A stretch of 64,000 nt of DNA from Octopus vulgaris (Eukaryota), in contig OX597838.1 in the NCBI GenBank assembly GCA_951406725.2, forward strand, positions 36,394,001-36,458,000, given 5' to 3'. This document shows, one piece after another, positions 38,936 through 53,753 of the stretch. The position numbers were made by a program, and so were the translations under genes. The notes below the pieces were generated by a model. The model had not been told where the DNA came from. It made no database searches and saw only the letters and a list, made by a program, of their open reading frames with translations. The first letter of the stretch is position 1. Each line of letters starts with the position of its first letter.

Positions 38936-39299
38936 AGTTGCAGAATGGTTACTGCTGCCCCCCCCCCCTGCTGTAGAAGATCAGCCTGCAAGAGTTCTGT
39001 CTCAGCACCATGTCAGAAGCACTTGTGTTGGTGCCACATAAGAAGCATCCATTCTGGCACCACATAATAGCACCTGTGCCAGCTCCGTGTGAAAGAATAT
39101 GTGCTAGTCCCTTGTGGAAAACACCCAGCACACTCTCTGACATCGTTGGGCTGAGGAAGGGCATCCGGCCCTAGAGACGAGGGCGAATCAGACCGGAATC
39201 TGGTGCAGCTCTCCTGCTTACCAGTTCTGGTCAAACTGTCCAACCCATTCCAGCATCCAGAAAATGGATGTTATTAGATGATAACGATATATTTGGCAT

Positions 39300-39750
39300 A
39301 ATGTGATAATGAAGACGATAGGAATGAGGAAATTGATGATGAGGAAATTGATGATGATGACAATGGAGATGATGATAAGGAAGATGATGGCGATGAAAAT
39401 GATGGTAGCGAAGAAGATGATGATGATGATGAGGAGAGTGATGATGATGATGATAAAGATGATGATAAGGAAGATGATGGCAATGAGAATGATGATAGCG
39501 AAGAAGATGATGATGTTGATGAGGAGGAAAGTGATGACGAAGATGATGAGGAGGAGAGTGATGATGATGATGATAAAGATGATGATAAGGAAGATGATGG
39601 CAATGAAAATGATGATAGTGATGATGATGATGATGAAGACGATGATGAAGTTAATGATAATAAAGTTGATGATAAAGATGGTGATGAAGGTGATGACAGG
39701 TAGAGAGAGAGAGAGAGAGCGCGAGAGAGAGAGAGAGAGAGAGAGAGAAA
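39300..39750. repeat. (GAT)n-derived low-complexity tract with internal ~120-bp duplication, then (GA)n
   Basis: Read directly from the sequence. Confidence 0.9.
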
Positions 39751-40442
39751 TTAATATAAAATGCGAATTGAATACTTCATCATGTGTTTATCTCAAAATA
39801 TAGACTTTAGAATCACTTTTCATTTTTGTCTTTCTTTCTTTTTTTTCTCCTTCACATCCAACGGTTTTCCTTTCATTCAAATACTTTAACATTTGTATTT
39901 TTTTCCCATTTTTCTTCTTACTCTTGTTTTTTTTTCTCCTTTTTGTCAATATACTTTCTTTCTTTCATTTATCTGCATTTTGTTTTTTTTTTTGCCCCTC
40001 CCCTCATTTCTCTTATCTTTGATTGGTATGTTGTTTTATTTATTTATTTTTTTGGTTGTCATGGCTTTCCTTCCTCCTCCTCCTCACAGGTTGGCCGGTC
40101 GGTCAGCCGGTTGGCTGCCTGGCTGGCTGTCTCTGTCTGTCTGTGTGGCTGGCTGGTTGTTTAAATTTATAATTATAGAAATTAAAAGTCTGTTTTTCAT
40201 ATATATATATTTTTCATAAATTTAGTTTTTCATAATTTTTTTTTTTATTTGTCAGACCACCAATATCTGATCTGACACAAAAAGATTAAAAAACAAACAA
40301 AAAACAAAAAACAAAACAGCCAAAAATAAAAAAAATCATTTAAAAAAAATTTATTTCCCCTTTTATCTATTTCTCCTGTTTTTCTCTATTTATTTACATA
40401 ATTTACCATGTTTTCCTCATTTTTGTTTTAATTTAAAAAAAA

Positions 40443-40604
40443 ATTCTTCTTCTTCTTCTTCTTCCTCTCCTTCTTTCTTCTTCTTCTTCCTCTTCTTCTC
40501 CTTCTCCTCCTCCTCCTTCATCGTCTTCTTCTTCCTCTTATTCTTCTCCTTCTCCTCCTCCTCCTTCTTCGTCTTCTTCTTCTACTTCTTCTTCTTCTTC
40601 TTCA

Positions 40605-40635
<31 letters not shown>

Positions 40636-40972
40636 CTTCTTCTCCTTCTTCTTCTTCTTCATGGGTCAATTAAATCGCCTGCATCTCTTCCCCGCCTTTA
40701 AAATTTGAAGCCCTGTGCCAAAGTTAGAAACCATTATAATTGTTATCATTGTTGAAGCTCTTTATTATTATTATTAGTAGTAGTAGTAGTAGTAGTAGTA
40801 TTAAAAGTAGTAGTAGTAGTAGTATCCTTGTTGTTCTTTCAATGGTTATTATTACAGCTATTATTATGATTGTTGTTATTATTAATATTGCTATTGCTAT
40901 CATCGTCGTTACAGCTGCTATTTCTAATATTTCGTTATTATCATTATTCTTCTCATCATCATTATCGTTATC

Positions 40973-41026
<54 letters not shown>

Positions 41027-41081
41027 AAAGAATTAATTATTATTATTATTATCATTATTATCATTATTATTATTATCATCA

Positions 41082-41115
<34 letters not shown>

Positions 41116-41495
41116 CATTTTCATCATTGCTATTATTATTTTTATCATTACTATTATCGTTAATAATATTATTATTATTATCTTAATTCTTCCGTTGCTT
41201 ACGATGATGATTATTATTATTAACTTTAACATCATCATCTTTATTATTATTATTATCATCATCATCATCATCATCGTCATCATTATTATTATTATCATTA
41301 TTATTATTATTATTATTTATTAATATTATTATTATTATTATTATTATCATCATTATTATTATTATTATTAATATTACTATTATCATTATTATTAATATTA
41401 TTATTATTATTATCATTATTATTATTATTATTATTATTGTTGTTATTATTATTATTATTATTATTATTGTTATTATTATTATTATTATTATTATT
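40443..41495. repeat. (CTT)n and (ATT/ATC)n tracts
   Basis: Read directly from the sequence. Confidence 0.93.
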
Positions 41496-42480
41496 TTGTT
41501 TGTTTTGAGCATTTTCTTTATTTTTAATTTCCATATCTAAATTTTTTAAATTTTACTTTGCACATTTTTAATGCTTTTATTTTATTTTATTTTATTTTTT
41601 TTTGCCAGTTAGTTTATTTATTTCCTTTTTATCTATTCCTTTTCATTCATTTTCTTTCTTTTTCTCTATAATTTTGGCAATTTGTTCGTTCGTAATTTTC
41701 GGTAACACTCTCTAATTATGGGGGAAGGATTCTGGTAATGTACATTAATTGATCCTCGTATCGTATGTGAAGGTGGCAGCGGTGGTGGCCATGGCAGGTG
41801 AATGAGATGAATGACGGAGTCTTAGAATGCTGATCTTGTTTTTTTGCGGGGAGGAGAACAAAAATAAAGAACCAAAAAAGAAAAACAAAATCAAAAGGAA
41901 AAAAAAACCGACTAACCTTCATGTTTATTTGACACAAAGCAAACACATTAACACTTTTCTACAACTCCTCCTTTTCCTCCCCCCACCTTTTCTTCCCCCC
42001 ACACCGTTTGCTACACAACTTACCTTTCACCCCCATTTCCTCCTCCTCCTCCTCATCTCCATTATGTCATACAAGTGCTGCCACTCCTCAATATTCCTCT
42101 CCATCTGATTCTAGGCTAGCCAAACTTCCAGCCAGTCTGCCATCAAGGTCTTCATCCCCCGTTTTTTATTTTCGTCTCAACAGTCAATAACAAACCTAGT
42201 TTTAACCTCTTTTGACACCATAAACTTCGTCTGATTATCAGAACCGGCAATTATTATTTGGTGAACGGACTAAATCGTTAACACACTGGGCTAAATGCTT
42301 AGCAGCACTTCATCTGTCACTATGTTCTGAGTTCAAATTCTGCTAAGATCGACTTTACCTTTAATTCTTTTGGGGGGGTCAATAAAATAAGTACCAGTTG
42401 TGCATTGGGGTCGATTTCATTAACTTAACCCCACCATTCTCGAAATTGCTGGCATTGTGCCAAAATTTAAAACTGATATT

Positions 42481-42511
<31 letters not shown>

Positions 42512-42865
42512 TTCTCTTTACTCTTTTACTTGTTTCAGTCATTTGACAGCGGCCATGCTGGAGCACCGCCTTTAGTCGAGCAAATCGACCCCGGGACTTA
42601 TTCTTTTGTAAGCCCAGTACTTATTCAATCGGTCTCTTTTGCCGAACCGCTAAGTGACGGGGACGTAAACACACCAGCATCGGTTGTCAAGCAATGCTAA
42701 GGGTTAATATGCTTAATGGCATTTTGTCTGTCCTTACTCTCTGAGTTCAAATTCCGCCAAGGTTAACTTTGCCTTTCATCCTTTTTGGGGTTAATAAAAT
42801 AAATACCAACTGAACACTGGGGTCAATTTAACTGACTTAACCCTGACCCCCAAAATTGCTAGTCT

Positions 42866-43269
42866 TACTCTTTTGCTCTTTTACTTGTTTCAGTCATTTG
42901 ACTGCGGCCATGCTGAGTACCGCCTTTAGTCGAGCAAATCGACCCCGGGACTTATTCTTTGTAAGCCCAGTACTTATTCTATCGGTCTCTTTTTGCCGAA
43001 CCGCTAAGTGACAGGGATGTAAACACACCAGCATCAGTTGTCAAGCAATGCTAGGGGGACAAACACAAACATATACACACACATACATGTATATATACAT
43101 ATATACGACAGGCTTCTTTCAGTTTCCGTCTACCAAATCCACTCACAAGGCATTGGTCGGCCCAGGGCTATAGTAGAAGACACTTGCCCAAGGTGCCACG
43201 CAGTGGAACTGAACCCAGAACCATGTGGTTGGTAAGCAAGCTACTTACCACACAGCCACTCCTGCGCCT
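42866..43269 (-). mobile_element. SINE family A
   Basis: Full-length copy; a partial copy also lies at 42512-42700. Confidence 0.9.
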
Positions 43270-43819
43270 AGTCTTGTGCCAAAATTATTATTATTTCAAT
43301 TATGATTAATGATTCAGACAAAATGCTTAGCAACAGTTCTTCCAGCTCTCTACATTCTGGGTTCAAATTACACCGAAGATGACTTTACATTTCATCTTTT
43401 TGAGGGTTGACAAATTAAGTACCAGTTGATGTAATTGGCCTACCATCTCTGTTAATCCTTTGGTGAACGTACATGGTTCAGTGGTTAGAGCGTTGGGCTC
43501 ACAATCCCGAGGAAGTGAGTTCGATTCCCTGACCAGGCAGTGTGTTGTGTTCCCTGAGCAAGACACTTTATTTTAGTTGTTCCAGTTCACTCAGCCGTGG
43601 AAGTGAGTTGTGACGTCACTGGTGTGAAACTGTATTGGCCTTTGGCTTTCCCTTGGATAACATTGGTGGTGTGAAGAGGGGTAGATGGTATACATGGGCG
43701 ACTGCTGGTCTTCCAAATTGAGCTTTGGTGTACCCTTATCAGGTGGGTCATCATGATGGATATATTAAGAGTCATATGTTGTCACTTTGATGATGTGTGC
43801 TGCTTTATCACCTAATAAC

Positions 43820-43857
<38 letters not shown>

Positions 43858-43879
43858 TATTAATAATAATGATAATAAC

Positions 43880-44425
43880 AGTACCAGGCAGTGGCTTTCA
43901 TGGCTTCTGAGCCTAACTGATTGGAAGTGTTATTATGTACATTATTTTGTCTTGGTATAAAAGATGGGCTACAGCAAATATTCTACTCAGTGCCACAGGT
44001 TTGCACGTCAGTTGTTTGACCTTAACCAGTTGAGCATGTCCCTTAGTGGCTGATGATATGTGCATCTCTGATCATGAGCAGAAATAGCGGGGGAACATCA
44101 TAGCCATATGTTGAAAGGAATTCTTTGGGGTTTGAATAATTCACCTTTGAAAACATTGGTGTTTGGTTCAACATACTTAAACAACCCTTATTCAGGGACC
44201 TTTTGAGCGGGATGGGTTACTCGACCACAAGAAAATTCTAACTGGGCCCCACCTGCAAGGTCATGTACTGTTAACCTTGATATGAGATCACAATGTTGCG
44301 CACATATGGTTGTGATGCATGTGCCTAGTGTACCTTTATCAGATGGGTAGTCATGATGGGTATACTGGGCTTTTTTATATTTTACCCCAGTATCACTTTG
44401 ATGGCATGAACTGCTCTCTCACTCA
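43880..44425. repeat. Unclassified repeat embedded in (TAA)n
   Basis: Flanked by TAA tracts; its 3' ~100 bp recurs, diverged, at 43725-43815. Confidence 0.5.
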
Positions 44426-44457
44426 GTAATAATAGTAATAATAATCTCTTTCTCTTT

Positions 44458-44862
44458 CCCTTTTACTTGTTTCAGTCATTTGACTGCGGCCATGCTGGAG
44501 CAACACCTTTAGTTGAGCAAATCGACCCCAGGACTTATTCTTTGTAAGCCCAGTACTTATTCTATCGGTCTCTTTTGCCGAACTGCTAAGTGAAGGGGAC
44601 GTAAACACACCAGCATCGGTTGTCAAGCAATGCTAGGGAGACAAACACAGACACAAACATATACACACACATACATATATATATATATACATATATCTAC
44701 GACAGACTTCTTTCAGTTTCCGTCTACCAAATCAACTCACAAGGCATTGGTCGGCCCGAGGCTATAGCAGAAGACACTTGCCCAAGATGCCACGCAGTGG
44801 GACTAAACCCGGAACCATGTGGTTGGTAAGCAAGCTACTTACCACACAACCACTCCTGCACC

Positions 44863-44863
<1 letters not shown>
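44458..44863 (-). mobile_element. SINE family A
   Basis: Full-length copy. Confidence 0.9.
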
Positions 44864-44900
<37 letters not shown>

Positions 44901-45099
44901 TTAATAATGATAATAATAATAATTCATTGTTCTATAGGTGCAAGGCCTGAGATCTTGGGAGAGGGAGCTAATTGATTACATCAACTCCAGTGCTTAACTG
45001 GTACTTAATTAATCAATCCCCAAAAGGATGAAAGGCAAAGTTGACTTAGGCAGGAATTGAAATACTTAAAAACAATAATAAATTAAATCAATTACTTAC

Positions 45100-45180
45100 C
45101 TTGTGTTATCAGTTGTACACGGTCATTTGTGTGTAGCCATGATTTCAGCCGAATTGCAGAAATACCACCGAATGTCTCAC
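45100..45180 (-). other. Candidate spliced exon (81 nt)
   Basis: Minus-strand acceptor ttatttttttttccacag and donor aag|GTAAGT. One open frame (phase 1-1): ETFGGISAIRLKSWLHTNDRVQLITQ; protein not recognised. Confidence 0.55.
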
Positions 45181-45422
45181 CTGTGGAAAAAAAAATAACC
45201 CACAAGATTCAACAACACCATTTAATATTTACCAATAAAGGCGTAGGAGTGGCTTCATGGTAAGTAGCTTGCTTACCAATCACATGGTTCCGGGTTCAGT
45301 CCCACTGCGTGGCACCTTGGGCAAGTGTCTTCTGTGATAGCCTCGGGCCGACCAAAGCCTTGTGAGTGGATTTGGTAGACGGAAACTGAAAGAAGCCTGT
45401 CGAATATATGTATGTATATATG

Positions 45423-45453
<31 letters not shown>

Positions 45454-45978
45454 CTGTAATTGTCCCCCAATATTTACCTAACTATTGAGTTAGTAGCAAA
45501 GAAGAAAACAAAACGCTTTATTGATAAATAAGCACAGAATTAATAATGACAGGAGAATGATACTGGAAATACAGAAACAGACTTGGTTGTTCTTAGAAAT
45601 CAAAATGATTATGAAAAATGTATTAAATGTCATTTTTACAAATTTCCTTTCTTTAATTACTAAACAGCCTAATTTTCTGAAGTTATTATGCTTAGATTAT
45701 AAGAAAACTTTTCTTATATATATAAAAAAATTACATATGTCTGAAAGTAATTGTAAATTGAAAACTCATATATGTAGATATCTCTCTCGTTCTATGTATT
45801 AATATTAAAATTTGCAATTACTTTCAACTGTATTTTTTTCATAGGAAATAGTTTCTATATTTTTGTTTTTATGATGCAAGTGTCATAACTTAACAAATTA
45901 GGTTATTAAGCAATTAAAAAGAGAAATGTGAAATGATTACGTTTGACTTTTTGACCATTTGTATTTTTGTTTGGTTAA

Positions 45979-46697
45979 CCCTTTCGTTACTGTATTTCTG
46001 TTGAGATGCTCTGCGTTTCTTTCAATTAATTTTAAATATAACAAAGAATTTAGTAAAATAACTTAGTTATCATTCAGCTAGTGTTAGGAACTTAAATTGT
46101 GACTAAGGTTTGGTGGAAGATTTTAATTCAAAACTTATGAAAACAAGACATTTGTACTCGGAGCCAGAGGCAGTTTCAGCTAGGTTTGTATCAAAAGGGT
46201 TAAGAATTGTTTCTCTATTATATATTTTAACCCTTTTCTTACCATATTTCTATTGAGATGCTCTGTGTTTCTTTCCATTAATTTTAAATATAACAAAGAA
46301 TTTAGTAAAATAACTTAGTTACCATTAAGCTAGTGTTAGGAACTTAAATTGTGACTAAGGTTTGGTGAAAGATTTTAATTCAAAACTTATGTAAACAAGA
46401 TATTTGTACTACAGAGCCAGAGGCAGTTTCAGCTAGGTTTGTATCAAAAGGGTTAAGAATTGTTTCTCTATTATATATTTTAACCCTTTTCTTACCATAT
46501 TTCTGTTGAGATACTCTGTGTTTCTTTCAATTAATTTTAAATATAACAAAGAATTTAGTAAAATAGCTTAGTAAGCTGGTGTTAGGAACATAAATTGTGA
46601 CTAAGATTTGGTGGAAGATTTTAATTCAGAACTTATGGAAACAAGATACTTGTACTCAGAGCCAGAACCGGTTTCAGCCGTGTTGATAATGAATGAG
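45979..46697. mobile_element. Three tandem piggyBac-type MITEs (~220 bp)
   Basis: Copies at 45979-46199, 46231-46452 and 46484-46697, each flanked by TTAA and starting CCCTTT; the third right TIR is diverged. Confidence 0.88.
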
Positions 46698-46818
46698 TTA
46701 AGTCGAGTTATCCAAGTTGAGTTTCTGTACTTATCAGCAAACTTAAATACCAAAGACTGCCAACTTCATATAAATACAGTTATATATATAGATACACACA
46801 CACACATGCACACACACA

Positions 46819-46849
<31 letters not shown>

Positions 46850-46992
46850 GTGTTAAAATAATGTTATAATTTCAAAGTACGTGTAGCTCATGTTTTTATT
46901 CTATTCTTAGAGTTTTTCTATGTGTTTATGCTTCGAGGGTATATGTGTATATATATATATGTATAATAATATTGATTTCAGTTGGATTTTAC

Positions 46993-47082
46993 CTTGGAGA
47001 TTACCATTTTGAGCTCATCCACAGGTGCGGGCTATCAGACAAGACAGAAATCATGAGATTGTTTGTTTTCTCCAACACATGT
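46993..47082 (-). other. Candidate non-coding exon (90 nt)
   Basis: Acceptor tttgttgatttacag and donor aag|GTAAAA; stops in all frames. Confidence 0.35.
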
Positions 47083-47167
47083 CTGTAAATCAACAAATGT
47101 CCATAGAATTTTTAGTTATAGACGAGCAAAATGCAATGAGCAAGTCCTTTTATTGCATCAATTTATA

Positions 47168-47550
47168 GGTTCAGGAGTGGCTGTGTGGTAAGGAGCTTGC
47201 TTACCAGCCACATGGTTCTGGGTTCAATCTCACTGCATGACACCTTGGCCAAGTGTCTTCTACTATAGCCTCGGGCTGACTAAAGCCTTGTGAGTGGATT
47301 TGGTAAATGGAAACTGAAAGAAGCCCATCGTATATATATATATGTGTGTGTGTGTTTATCCCCCCAATATTGTTTGACAACCGATGGTGGTGTGTCTATG
47401 TCCCTATAACTTAGCATTTTGGCAAAAAGAGACTGATAGAATAAGTACTAGGCTTACAAAGTCCTGGGGTTGATTTGATTGACTAAAGGCGTTGATCCAG
47501 CATGGCCGCAGTCAAATGACTGAAACAAATAAAAGAACAAAAGAATAAAA
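47168..47550 (+). mobile_element. SINE family A
   Basis: Diverged full-length copy. Confidence 0.87.
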
Positions 47551-48199
47551 ATCGTTTCATCAGAATTTGGTCTCATGAATATTGCTATTTTATGTAATAA
47601 TATACGCAATTACTTATTGTAATGACACGTATGGAACCAGACACATCAAAATTTTGGGCCTGATTCAGTATATATCTTTACAATGATATATAAAAAAATC
47701 AATAGCTGCATACATTATAACATCATAATATAGCAATATTCATGGGATTGAATGTTGATGAAACAATTGTAAATGGATGTAAAAGAAAAAAATACTCCTT
47801 CCATTCTTTTTGTTTATATACACATATAGATGTACATCTGTATGCATGCATCTCTCTCTCCCTTTTTCTTTTTCTCTCTCTCTTTCACTCTTTTTCTTCC
47901 ATTTTTATCATTTTGCTTTTGTCCATTACTAATAACCCTGACCAAGTAAACCCTTATAGAATCCGATGCTTTATAGGTAAATATGCAGGATGTCATTGCA
48001 AGAAGCTGAATATGACGTTATGGTCGGATGATGTTGGCGGTGGTGGTGGTGGCAGTTGTGGTGGTCATGGCTGTAGTCATGGTGATGTCAGAGATGCTGG
48101 TTTTTGCGTTGGCAGTGGCTGTGCGATGGCGTTGATGGAAGCGGTGGCCGTGGTGGCCGCAGCAGTAGTGGTAGTGACGATAATGGCATCAGGTGAATG

Positions 48200-48305
48200 G
48201 GTGGTGGGGTAGCAGCGATGATTATGGTAGTGGTTATAATGTTGATAGTGGTGGTGATGGTGATGATGATGATGGTGGTGGTGGTGGTGGTGGTCCTGCT
48301 GATGA

Positions 48306-48339
<34 letters not shown>

Positions 48340-48437
48340 GGTGGTGGTGGTGGTGGTGGTGGTGATGATGATGATAATGGTGCTGGTGATGGTGATGATG
48401 ATGATGATAATGGTGATGATGATGATAATGATGGTGA

Positions 48438-48471
<34 letters not shown>

Positions 48472-48473
48472 GC

Positions 48474-48525
<52 letters not shown>

Positions 48526-48647
48526 GGTGGTGGTGGTGGTGGTGGTGGTGGTGGTGGTTGTGGTGGTGGTGATGATGATGATGATAATGGTGCTGGTGAT
48601 GGTGATGATGATGATGATGATAATGGTGATGATGATGATAATGATGG

Positions 48648-48688
<41 letters not shown>

Positions 48689-48712
48689 GTGCTGGTGATG
48701 ATGGTGATGATT
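48200..48712. repeat. (GAT)n/(GGT)n compound microsatellite with block duplication
   Basis: Read directly from the sequence. Confidence 0.93.
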
Positions 48713-48950
48713 GCATTAGGGTACTAAACAATAATGTTGTGTACAATATGGTGGTGGTGGTGGTGTTGGTGGTGGGGGTCTGAAGTGGGTGTGGGGACAA
48801 TGCGAAGGGAAGGAGACGCATCCGATCTTTCATGCCTGCATATGTAGCGTTGACAGTTATTGATGTGGTGGAAAGAATCCGATCTATTTAGGTGATGTCA
48901 TGTGTAAACAAATATGTACACATAAATATGTACTGCATCATATACGCACT

Positions 48951-49027
<77 letters not shown>

Positions 49028-49245
49028 TAGACAACACAACACACATGTTGAGTCATAAATAGATATGAAAGTACATGCACACGTATATATATATACTTAT
49101 ATATATCTATATACGTATATATATACACATATATATGTGTGTGTATATATATGTATATATCTATATATGTATATGTATATATATCTATGTAAATGTATAT
49201 ATATACACATATATATACATATATATATACATACACATATATATG

Positions 49246-49280
<35 letters not shown>

Positions 49281-49321
49281 AAATATATATTTATATTTGT
49301 ACATACATACTTATGTACAAG

Positions 49322-49372
<51 letters not shown>

Positions 49373-49651
49373 ATGCACACATATATATGTTTGTGTGTGT
49401 GTGAATGTGTAGTGTGTATATGTATGTATATAGTGTAGTGTGTGTGTGTGTGTGCATATCCACATATGTGTGCATACACACACATATATATATATATATA
49501 TATGTGTTTACATGTTTACATGTTTATGTATGAATATGCATTTGTGTGTGTGTATGTATATATATTAATATATATCTTATACCATGACACAAACATCTAT
49601 GCACATTAATGTTTATTACTATATGCATATATATATCAGTGTGTGTATATA

Positions 49652-49694
<43 letters not shown>

Positions 49695-50679
49695 TTATGT
49701 GTGTGTGTGTATAAATACATTTATGTCATTTTACACTCATGCATATGTATCACTTTATACACACACATTTACGTATTCAAACATAATGTACAATTTTGTA
49801 TACATACAAAGATCTGTTACTAAGAGCATGTAGCTATCATTGTCTCTCTACCATTACTCCCTTGTCATGATCAATCTTTTTCCTGACCCAAAACACTCCT
49901 ACGCATATTCTCTCTCCCTTCGTTGTCTCATTCATCCCTCCCTTTTATATTTGTCCTCTCATTCATGTTTGCATTGAATGAACAAAGGCAATATAGAGTG
50001 GCAAGAACTCTTCCTAGGGCCTGCAGATGACCAGGAAACCTCTGCAGTGTGTGTGCCATGATAAAATGCACCCAGTACACAATGTAAAGCGGTTGTCAGT
50101 ACTAATGGAAACTAACAGTGTGAGGTAGGGAAGCCTTTTGAGTCTTGCCAAAACCATGACAATATTTCTGAGATCTGGTACCACAATCAGCTTCATCCAA
50201 TACAATATGTAACTTATTGCTATTGACACATTTGTTGCCATAATTCCGTTGAAATTCACGTCCATTTTATCAGTTAATTTTGAAAATTGCAAGAAATAGC
50301 ATAGAAACATTAGTAAGGAGAAAATATTTCGTTTTTGAATTTGGTTTGCAAGATTCTTTATGTGAGTTCGTGTGTTGAAGCATATTCTGTTGTGTCTGGG
50401 GAGAGTCATTTTCTTTTTGTGCCTTGTAATTTAATATACTCACCGGTAAAATTTCCACTTATTCCTTATTTTTATTTTCCTAAAATTTTCGTTGCATCTT
50501 GCAACCTTTTCAATAGTCAGTGTGTTAAAATATAAGGCACAAAAAGAAAATGACTCTCCCCAGACACAAAGCAGAAAAATAGTTGTGGTAAAAAATTTTG
50601 AATACCATTTCTGTTTTCTGCTTATAATTTTTACAATTATTTGGTTCATATTCTGTGCACCAGCCTGACCCAAGTTTGG

Positions 50680-50882
50680 TGCGGTTGTAGGATCGCGGTT
50701 TCGATTCCCAGACCGGGCGTTGTGAGTGTTTATTGAGCGAAAACACCTAAAGCTCCGTGAGGCTCCGGCAGGGTGTGGTGGCGATCCCTGCTGTACTCTT
50801 TCGCCACAACTTTCTCTCACTCTTTCTTCTGTTGGCCTGCTCGCTTAGCCAGCAGGGTGGCATCATTTGAAGGCTAAAACAA
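50680..50882 (+). mobile_element. tRNA-derived SINE E
   Basis: B box GGTTTCGATTCCC; shares CTCTTTCGCCACAACTTTCTC with 60055-60330(-). Confidence 0.65.
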
Positions 50883-51079
50883 ATGTGAAAGTGGCTGAGC
50901 GCTCCACAAACACAGGTACAACTCAATTTTACCAGATGAATGAAGTGCAGCAAAGTGTCTTGCTCAAGGACACAACAAGGTACCTCCAGGAATTGAACTT
51001 ACAATCTTACAATCATGAACCATGTACCCTAATCACCAAGTCAGGCACCTTCGTTCATACTTACACACACATATGTATA

Positions 51080-51280
51080 GTTCAAATTTATTAGAAAACA
51101 AAAGACAAAGCCAGGCGAGAGAACCACAAGTAAATATATTTCATTGATGCTCAGGAAGAATGGAAAAGTCTTTGATGTTTCGAGCCTTTGCTCTTTGACG
51201 GAAATTGACAAAAGGTAAAAAAAAAATAGAAAGAGAGAGAGGGAGAAAAAAAAGAGAGAGAAAACAAATGTGTCGCAATG
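51080..51280 (-). mobile_element. Penelope-pLTR-like island with decayed variant hammerhead (51169-51204)
   Basis: ttt-CCGTCAA-a-gagc(aaag)gctc-GAAA-ca-TC-aaa. Confidence 0.6.
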
Positions 51281-51664
51281 AAATGAAGGGTGTTTGTATG
51301 TTTATCACAAAATTGGAGGCACAGTCAAAGGCAACGCACAACCAAAACCAGGCTGATGATGGAGTGCACACTCCACTACAATATGCAGTATATATATATA
51401 TATATACATATATGCACCATAAAAAGCACCATCCGTTCGTGGCCGTTTGCCAGCTCTGTCTGGCACCTGTGCGGGTGGCATATAAAAAGCACCCACTACA
51501 CTCACGGAGTGGTTGGCGTTAGGAAGGGCATCCAGCCGTAGAAACACTGCCAGATCTGAGTGGGCCTGATGAAGCCTTCTGGCTTCACTGACCCCAGTTG
51601 AACCGTCCAACCCATGCTAGCATGGAAAGCGGACGCTAAATAATGATGATGATGATGATGATGA

Positions 51665-51708
<44 letters not shown>

Positions 51709-52273
51709 CACCGTGATCACCGTGACCGACCAGGCTATCAGATGTTGCTACACATCGCTGGTCACCATAGTTTTGTTCAGTTTCCATTTACCAAATCCAT
51801 GCACAAGGCTTTGGAAACCTTGGGGCTCTCATAGGTGACACCTGTCCGAGGTGCCAATTGGTGGGATTGAACCCAGCTGATACATTGATAAACACCCAAG
51901 TTCCAATTTAATCCCTATTATTGGGTTTTTTTTCAACTTGCATATCAGACTGTTGTTGTTGTTGTTTGTTTGGAATATTAATGTTCCCAAATTCACTTTT
52001 GTCAATGTTCCAGGCTATCCTGGCCTCATTTTAATAATGGGCAGCTTTTATTTATGACGATTTTATGGCCCCTCAGTTAGGTTTCTGCAGGTTTTTCACT
52101 GAGAATTTGACTGTTAGGGTTTCATATCATCAGATTTGTTATTTGGCTCTCGGAGACATATGTCATCGGTGATGTGCTAAGCTAGTTTGTTATACACGTA
52201 TGCTGTTTGCGTATGTCAATTATAGTCTTGTCTTTTGATATATAGCAATTGCTTCCATTTGTTTATATATGTG

Positions 52274-52498
<225 letters not shown>

Positions 52499-52696
52499 GT
52501 TTGTGTATATATATGTATCAGCATCATCATCATTTATATATGTGTGTGTATATAAATATATATGTACATATATACATACATACACACACACACGTTTATA
52601 TATATATATATATATATACATACACACACACATTTATATATTATATGTATGTATAAATATACATATTCATTCACATTTTTCTCTCTGTCCACACTA

Positions 52697-52727
<31 letters not shown>

Positions 52728-53753
52728 CACACACATATATACATATATATATATACATATATATATATGTACGATAGATGTATAATAAAGAGGAATTACA
52801 TGCCTGGAGTTGTGGCCATTCATAAATGAATATAATGTCCTTTATATTTCGTATTTCATTTCCTCTCCGTCCACAAGAATATAAGTACCTGTCCTCCATA
52901 AGCATTTTTGCGTTTCCTCATTGATATAAATATATGTCCTTTCATTACATCTACATGTGCATGCAGTAAATATATGCACATGTCCTCTACTACATGTCAT
53001 TGTGCATATACGTTCACGCACATGTGTTTGAGTATGCCTGTGTAGTGTGTGTGTGTGTGTTTGTGTGTATGTGTATAAACCTACATGTGTCTTGAAGCAT
53101 TCTTGAAGCAATGCATATGCATGTATGTAGTGTGTGTGTGTGCATGTGTGTATGTGTCTATGTGCGTGTGTGTATGTGCATGTGTGTGTGTTTCTGTATG
53201 TGCATGTATGTAGTGTGTGTGTGTGCATGTGTGTATGTGTCTGTGTGCGTGTGTGTGCGTGTGTGTTTATGTGCGTGTGTGTGTATGTGCGTGTGTGTAT
53301 GTGCGTATGCGTGTATGTGCGTGTGTGTGTATGTCCGTGTGTGTGTATGTGCATGTGTGTGAGTGTGTGTGTAAGCTTGTGTGTGCCAGCATACACAGAG
53401 CAATACATACACACGGACTCAAAGAACCATTCCATGCACACACACCCTTACACAGACACACACTCACAAACCCTTGCACACACACACACACACACACATA
53501 CATACACACACGTACCCATGCAAACGCACACGTTTCGTAATACCTGCTCTCACATAATTTTCTAATTGTTGTATTAACGCACTTTGAAAACAATTTCAGT
53601 TTATGACAGTTTTCACGCTTGCAACCATTCGGGGGGAATTACAATTCTCGCAACGACTGACGCAACCCAGAGCCAAACCAAGGCCCAGACACAAACTAGA
53701 TAGCCCCCCCCCCCCCACCCCCACCCCCACCTCCATTACCTTTCCCTTGGCCA

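Noticed and set aside
41681-41700. TTTGTTCGTTCG resembling the miR-375 5' end
   Set aside because: The match stops after 12 nt and no precursor hairpin is evident.
48193-48833. Gly/Asp-rich and Pro/Ser-rich ORFs resembling structural proteins
   Set aside because: (GAT)/(GGT) simple repeat open in several frames, with no signal peptide or splice support.
50014-50409. 131-aa ORF with faint hAT C-terminal resemblance (YW..PDL..RL..L.LLVSIST)
   Set aside because: Too weak to call without an HMM search, and the ORF runs into degenerate SINE sequence.
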